DNA of 62,544 nucleotides, the filler included, from Candidatus Zapsychrus exili (GTDB lineage: Bacteria > Omnitrophota > Gorgyraeia > Zapsychrales > Zapsychraceae), in NCBI GenBank assembly GCA_030765585.1. It is 5 parts of 5 records of this genome, joined end to end, with 100 filler letters (N's around TTAATTAATTAA, not from the genome) between each part and the next. Parts side by side here need not be neighbours in the genome. Positions count along the whole stretch, not along the records: positions 52,894 to 59,413 come from JAVCCJ010000038.1; positions 59,514 to 62,544 come from JAVCCJ010000017.1; 3 more parts are not named here. The stretch is one strand, 5' to 3'. Below, piece by piece: positions 58,531 through 62,544 of the stretch. Below the pieces are notes generated by a model, which saw nothing but the letters and a program-made list of their open reading frames with translations, was not told where the DNA came from and searched no databases. The translations under genes and the position numbers were made by a program. Position 1 is the stretch's first letter, and the number at the start of each line of letters is the position of its first letter.

Positions 58531-59235
58531 TTATTTCCAGAAAAAGATTTCTCTAAAAACTTCAAACATATAAGCTGCTCCCCAGCGCATTACCTGCAAT
58601 TTTCTTTCTCCGCCTTCTCTCTCTGGCTCGTCTCCTGGGATTTCTGCAACTTTTAGATTTCTTTTAGCAGCTCTTATAGATAGCAAAGGTTCCCAGCTTA
58701 TGTTGGTTTTGAAAAGCTTCTCTTCTATTTCGTAGCTAGAGTTTTTGTCTAAATCCAAATCGTGTATTAATTTTGTAGGATATGCTCTGTAGATTACCAT
58801 TGCATCAGTATATTTTCCGCCGTGTAATAAGTTTATAAAAGTTGTAAACATTTTGTTTCCAAAGGCTGTTACATTGTCATCATCATAGCTTTTTGCATTA
58901 TCCTTATATCTTGACACGATAACCATATCATAGCCTTCTTTTAGTTTGTTTATGCAGTTAGGAATAAGTTCTGGAATTGAATTTCCATCAGGGCTAAATG
59001 TTAAAATAACGTCGCCTGTCACATGTGGCAGGGCTTCCATGTAGGCGTGTCGCATACCTTTTTTCTGTTGAACGACTACTTCATAGCCTTGGCTTTTTGC
59101 ATATTCGATAGTTCCATCAGTAGATTGTCCATCAATTATAAGAAGTTGATCATACCACTCGGGTTTGATTTTAGGCATTATGGCTTTCATGCCATCTATT
59201 TCATTAAGAGTGGGAATTAGAAGAGTGACTTTCAT
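58531..59235 (-). CDS. GT2 family glycosyltransferase (DPM1-like)
   Basis: IPTLNE, DGQSTDGT, SPDG and DMVIVSRY. Confidence 0.9.
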   Translation of the reverse strand: MKVTLLIPTLNEIDGMKAIMPKIKPEWYDQLLIIDGQSTDGTIEYAKSQGYEVVVQQKKGMRHAYMEALPHVTGDVILTFSPDGNSIPELIPNCINKLKEGYDMVIVSRYKDNAKSYDDDNVTAFGNKMFTTFINLLHGGKYTDAMVIYRAYPTKLIHDLDLDKNSSYEIEEKLFKTNISWEPLLSIRAAKRNLKVAEIPGDEPEREGGERKLQVMRWGAAYMFEVFREIFFWK

Positions 59236-59413
59236 TTGAAGTTTTCCTTAGTTCGATATGATTTAGGGACATACATTTTTAGGGGCATGTTGTACTAGCT
59301 CACTAATTCGGTAACTCTTTTTAGTTTATCAAAAGGGGTCTCATAGTTCAAGCCCCCATGTCTACGAAGATGATTATATTCAAAAATATAATTACCTAAG
59401 TTAAGCACAATAT

Positions 59414-59513
59414 NNNNNNNNNNNNNNNNNNNNNNNNNNNNNNNNNNNNNNNNNNNNTTAATTAATTAANNNNNNNNNNNNNNNNNNNNNNNNNNNNNNN
59501 NNNNNNNNNNNNN
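59414..59513. other. Artificial contig linker
   Basis: N run around TTAATTAATTAA. Confidence 0.99.
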
Positions 59514-59967
59514 CAAGGAATCAAAAACTGTGCTAAAACCACTTCCAAAGAATAATCGCAATAAAGGTACTTCCTTAAATATTAAAAGGAGTAAAACTCC
59601 TAAACCAGCGGCAAAACCACAAATGAGTATGGAACATACACTCGCATTTTTGGACGCCGATGGTTATATCCCTGGAGACCACTTCTCCGTGGCAAGATTT
59701 CGCAGTTTATTACATCAATTATCTTCTACCTATAATGCAGATAAGGATCGAATTGGAAATGCTACTGTTGCGATACAAAATCAATTAAAAAAGAAAGGGA
59801 TACATGTAACCCTTTTGAATATACTGGAAGGAATGAATAGAATTTATACAACCGGCAAGGCAAATCAAACATACGAAGAATGCGGGGCAGCATATATAAT
59901 TCTAAGGGATAAGGGGCATTCCCATAGGGAAACTATTAATACGCTTAAAGCATTCCTTAACAGGTAG
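59514..59967 (+). CDS. Hypothetical protein, probably 5'-truncated
   Basis: Frame is open to the contig edge; no recognised motif. Confidence 0.5.
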
Positions 59968-60336
59968 TTGGATAGATGACCCTTTTCCATTACTTTTCTC
60001 CCTTAAGGCCTGATTTTATTAGTTTTATTGGTTCCATTTTGGCTCCTTCCTAAAAACGCTTGAGGGGGGGGGTACGATTTCCCGATTATTGACTATAAGC
60101 TATTGATTTAATAACAATTTAAATTGTAACATAATTTTAATAATTATTTGTTTCAAGCCACAGGCAATTCTCACCACATGCCTTGCATTATTTATTTCCC
60201 TTATTGCTGAAAAAGTTAGAACAATATGTTATGTAATGTTTCAGACGTGCTGGAGGCAATCTGCAATCTTTAAAAGATAGCCAAAAAATAAGATCCTATA
60301 TAATATATAAGCTAGGTAATATTAAAAGGTATAAGT

Positions 60337-61716
60337 GTGGAGATGATCTTCCCAATCATAGCATTAATATGTTTAGTGGGAATGATAGTATTCGCCCTCT
60401 TATGGTATGAGAGGTCCCGTTCTTACAATGATATTTACACAAAATACCAAGATATTATTGATATAAACAGTGAAATCAAAAAACTGAATGCCAAGCATCA
60501 AGAGATGCAAGATTCTTATAAGACTAAAAAAGAAGAATTTACACAACAGGAGCTTCAACTAAAATCTAAATACCGGGAGAAAATGAAGCATTATGATAAA
60601 CTTCTCCTTGAGATTAGCATTGTTGAGGAAAACATTGAGATGAAGTCTTTCGGTGCTTATGAACCGCACTTTGATTTTGATACTTCAGAGGAATATAAAC
60701 AGGAAGTTATCAAAGTTCGAAATAGACAGAAAAAGTTAATAAGAGAAAAACAAGCTGCCCTATGTAAAATCGAATGGGAGGTAGGTGGAAGTAAAGCAGA
60801 AGGAAACAAGATGATCATACGAAATATTAAACTCATACTTAGAGCATTTAACAATGAATGTGACTCAGCTATATTAAAAGTGAGGTGGAATAATGTTCTT
60901 AAAATGGAGGAACGTATAAAAAGGGCATTTGATGCAATAAATATTCTCGGGGAATCGAACCAAATACATATTACTAGTAGCTATTTGCAATTAAAATTAG
61001 ACGAGCTTCATCTTGCCCACGAACAGCAGGAAAAACTTTATGATGAAAAAGAAGAACAGAAAAGAATTCGAGAGCAAATGCGGGAAGAAGTAAAGGTAAA
61101 AAGAGATATCGAAAAAGCACAACAGGATGCATTGGCCGAAGAACAACGATATGAAAATGCCTTAGGAAAAGCAAAAGCCGAATTAGCTCAAGCTCATGGA
61201 GACAAAGTTCTTCAATTAAAGGCTCAAATGGAAAAATTGCAAATAAAACTGCAAGAAGCGCATGAGCTAAAAGAAAGGGCTATTTCAAGGGCTCAATTGA
61301 CAAAATCGGGACACGTATATGTTATTTCCAATATAGGTTCGTTTGGATCAAAAATATTAAAAATTGGAATGACTCGTAGACTGGAACCATTGGATCGTGT
61401 CAAAGAGTTGGGAGATGCATCAGTCCCATTTAGTTTTGATGTTCATGCGATGATTTACTCGGAAAATGCTCCTAAATTAGAAAGCAAATTGCATAAAATA
61501 TTCAATAGAAGAAGATTAAACTTAATCAATCAAAGAAAGGAATTCTTTTATGCAACCCTGGATGAGATCGAAAGAATCGTGAAACAGAACAAAGGAGAGA
61601 TCGAATTTACAAAAATAGCCGAAGCAAAAGAATATAGGGAAACATTGGCGATACGTGAAAAAGCAAAATTGCAGAAGCAACAACAATCTCCTCAAAAAAT
61701 CCCAGCTGCAATTTAA
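60337..61716 (+). CDS. DUF4041 / T5orf172 (GIY-YIG superfamily) membrane-anchored coiled-coil protein, prophage-associated
   Basis: LRAFNNECD, GHVYVISNIGSFG, KIGMTRRLEPLDRV.ELGDASVPF.FDVH and RKEFF. Confidence 0.9.
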   Translation: MEMIFPIIALICLVGMIVFALLWYERSRSYNDIYTKYQDIIDINSEIKKLNAKHQEMQDSYKTKKEEFTQQELQLKSKYREKMKHYDKLLLEISIVEENIEMKSFGAYEPHFDFDTSEEYKQEVIKVRNRQKKLIREKQAALCKIEWEVGGSKAEGNKMIIRNIKLILRAFNNECDSAILKVRWNNVLKMEERIKRAFDAINILGESNQIHITSSYLQLKLDELHLAHEQQEKLYDEKEEQKRIREQMREEVKVKRDIEKAQQDALAEEQRYENALGKAKAELAQAHGDKVLQLKAQMEKLQIKLQEAHELKERAISRAQLTKSGHVYVISNIGSFGSKILKIGMTRRLEPLDRVKELGDASVPFSFDVHAMIYSENAPKLESKLHKIFNRRRLNLINQRKEFFYATLDEIERIVKQNKGEIEFTKIAEAKEYRETLAIREKAKLQKQQQSPQKIPAAI

Positions 61717-62070
61717 AGACTAACAGTCGTATTCAGTCGGCACGTAACACGGAAGCTTCTTGAGTGTTTTTCGATGGGAAAATCAATTTTATGTTTCAGT
61801 TTCAGTTGATGCTACGGGCGGCTGATACAAATGTTTGACCAAAAGTTTCAATTACGGCTATGAATCTTCAATTTTTATACACTCTCATAGAGTTATGATT
61901 GCCTTATGCTATATGCAGTAATTTTCGTGTATGCCTTCGTGTATTTTTATTTGCAAAATGGTAACAAAATACACAAAAACTACACAAATTCAACAGTGGC
62001 ATTATGCAGGAAACGGCCCAATGTAGCGCCTTTCGGGCATTTGCAGAGATTCATAAAAAGTGTGTCATCA

Positions 62071-62116
62071 GCCTTTCACGCCGGCAACAGGGGTTCGAAT
62101 CCCCTTGGGGACGCCA
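62071..62116 (+). mobile_element. att core: 3' half of tRNA-Glu(TTC)
   Basis: GCCTTTCACGCCGGCAACAGGGGTTCGAATCCCCTTGGGGACGCCA has the anticodon loop, T-arm and CCA but no 5' acceptor strand or D-arm. Confidence 0.88.
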
Positions 62117-62132
62117 TAATAATATCAAGGAG

Positions 62133-62544
62133 TTATCCGCTTTTAGGATCAACTCCTTTTTTGTTTCGTGTATGGTCTTCGTGTATTTTTATTTCAGAAA
62201 GCAGATTCATCGTGGCTTTCATGTCTGAGTCTATGTTGTAAACATACTTCTCTGTTGTTCTCAAAGAACCATGCCCAAGTATGAATTGAATCTTCTTCAA
62301 ACTGACTTTATGTGTGTCTGCTAAAATGGATGCAACAAATCTCCTTAACGAATGAAAACCAAATGGCTTTACTCCTGCCCTCTTACATAGACCTTTCATG
62401 AAAAGTCTACGTGCTGTATATGGTTTTCCATAATACGGCCCAGGTTGATCAACAACGAATACATACGGACTGTTTTTAAAAGTTCTGTTTTTCCACCACC
62501 ATGAAAGTGAATCATACAACTCATCTGACATATCGAGCCAATGG
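62133..62544 (-). CDS. Tyrosine recombinase/integrase, C-terminal part (start beyond the window)
   Basis: HSLRR, LGH and TEKY catalytic motifs; the stop lies next to the att core. Confidence 0.93.
   Translation of the reverse strand, partial: HWLDMSDELYDSLSWWWKNRTFKNSPYVFVVDQPGPYYGKPYTARRLFMKGLCKRAGVKPFGFHSLRRFVASILADTHKVSLKKIQFILGHGSLRTTEKYVYNIDSDMKATMNLLSEIKIHEDHTRNKKGVDPKSG

Noticed and set aside
995..59220. Numerous short antisense or nested ORFs in the track (for example 12062..12520, 14158..14601, 42467..42886, 8826..9047)
   Set aside because: Shadows of well-supported genes on the opposite strand or in another frame.
62071..62116. Functional tRNA-Glu gene
   Set aside because: The 5' acceptor strand and D-arm are missing; it is an att core.
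61906..62241. ORFs 61906..62241 and 62004..62228
   Set aside because: They run across the att site and antisense to the integrase, with no coding signal.

Overview
Low-GC bacterial draft sequence made of five contig pieces joined by artificial 100-nt N-TTAATTAATTAA-N linkers (28442-28541, 35910-36009, 52794-52893, 59414-59513), so adjacency across linkers is not biological. The source is inferred to be PVC superphylum, probably Omnitrophota (L28 with the PVC-type Gly/Lys insertion, GNVGIGT-repeat giant protein, TYYPSP fibre protein). Piece 1 is mostly housekeeping (trpBA, rsfS, argS, recJ, rpmB, fba, gpmI, hflKC, apbE, thyA-folA, rfaD), preceded by a c-di-GMP-I riboswitch. Piece 2 is an uncharacterised anaerobe-type metal/Fe-S gene cluster with a diguanylate cyclase. 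Piece 3 holds the 5' part of a giant surface protein, DUF368, a two-component pair, glgP and a glycosyltransferase/radical-SAM cluster. Piece 4 has hom, PilZ, tRNA-Pro and gpsA. Piece 5 is a mobile element with a tRNA-Glu att site and an integrase. Main surprises: (1) an uncalled 56-aa ORF with a strong promoter and RBS that resembles the archaeal chromatin protein Cc1; (2) several families of REP-like palindromes, some inserted in frame into proteins and one pair enclosing a GIY-YIG nuclease gene; (3) tandem NrdR-like boxes and an ops-like motif in the leader of the giant protein gene; (4) an attP-like junction. All family calls come from motif recognition only; no searches were run.
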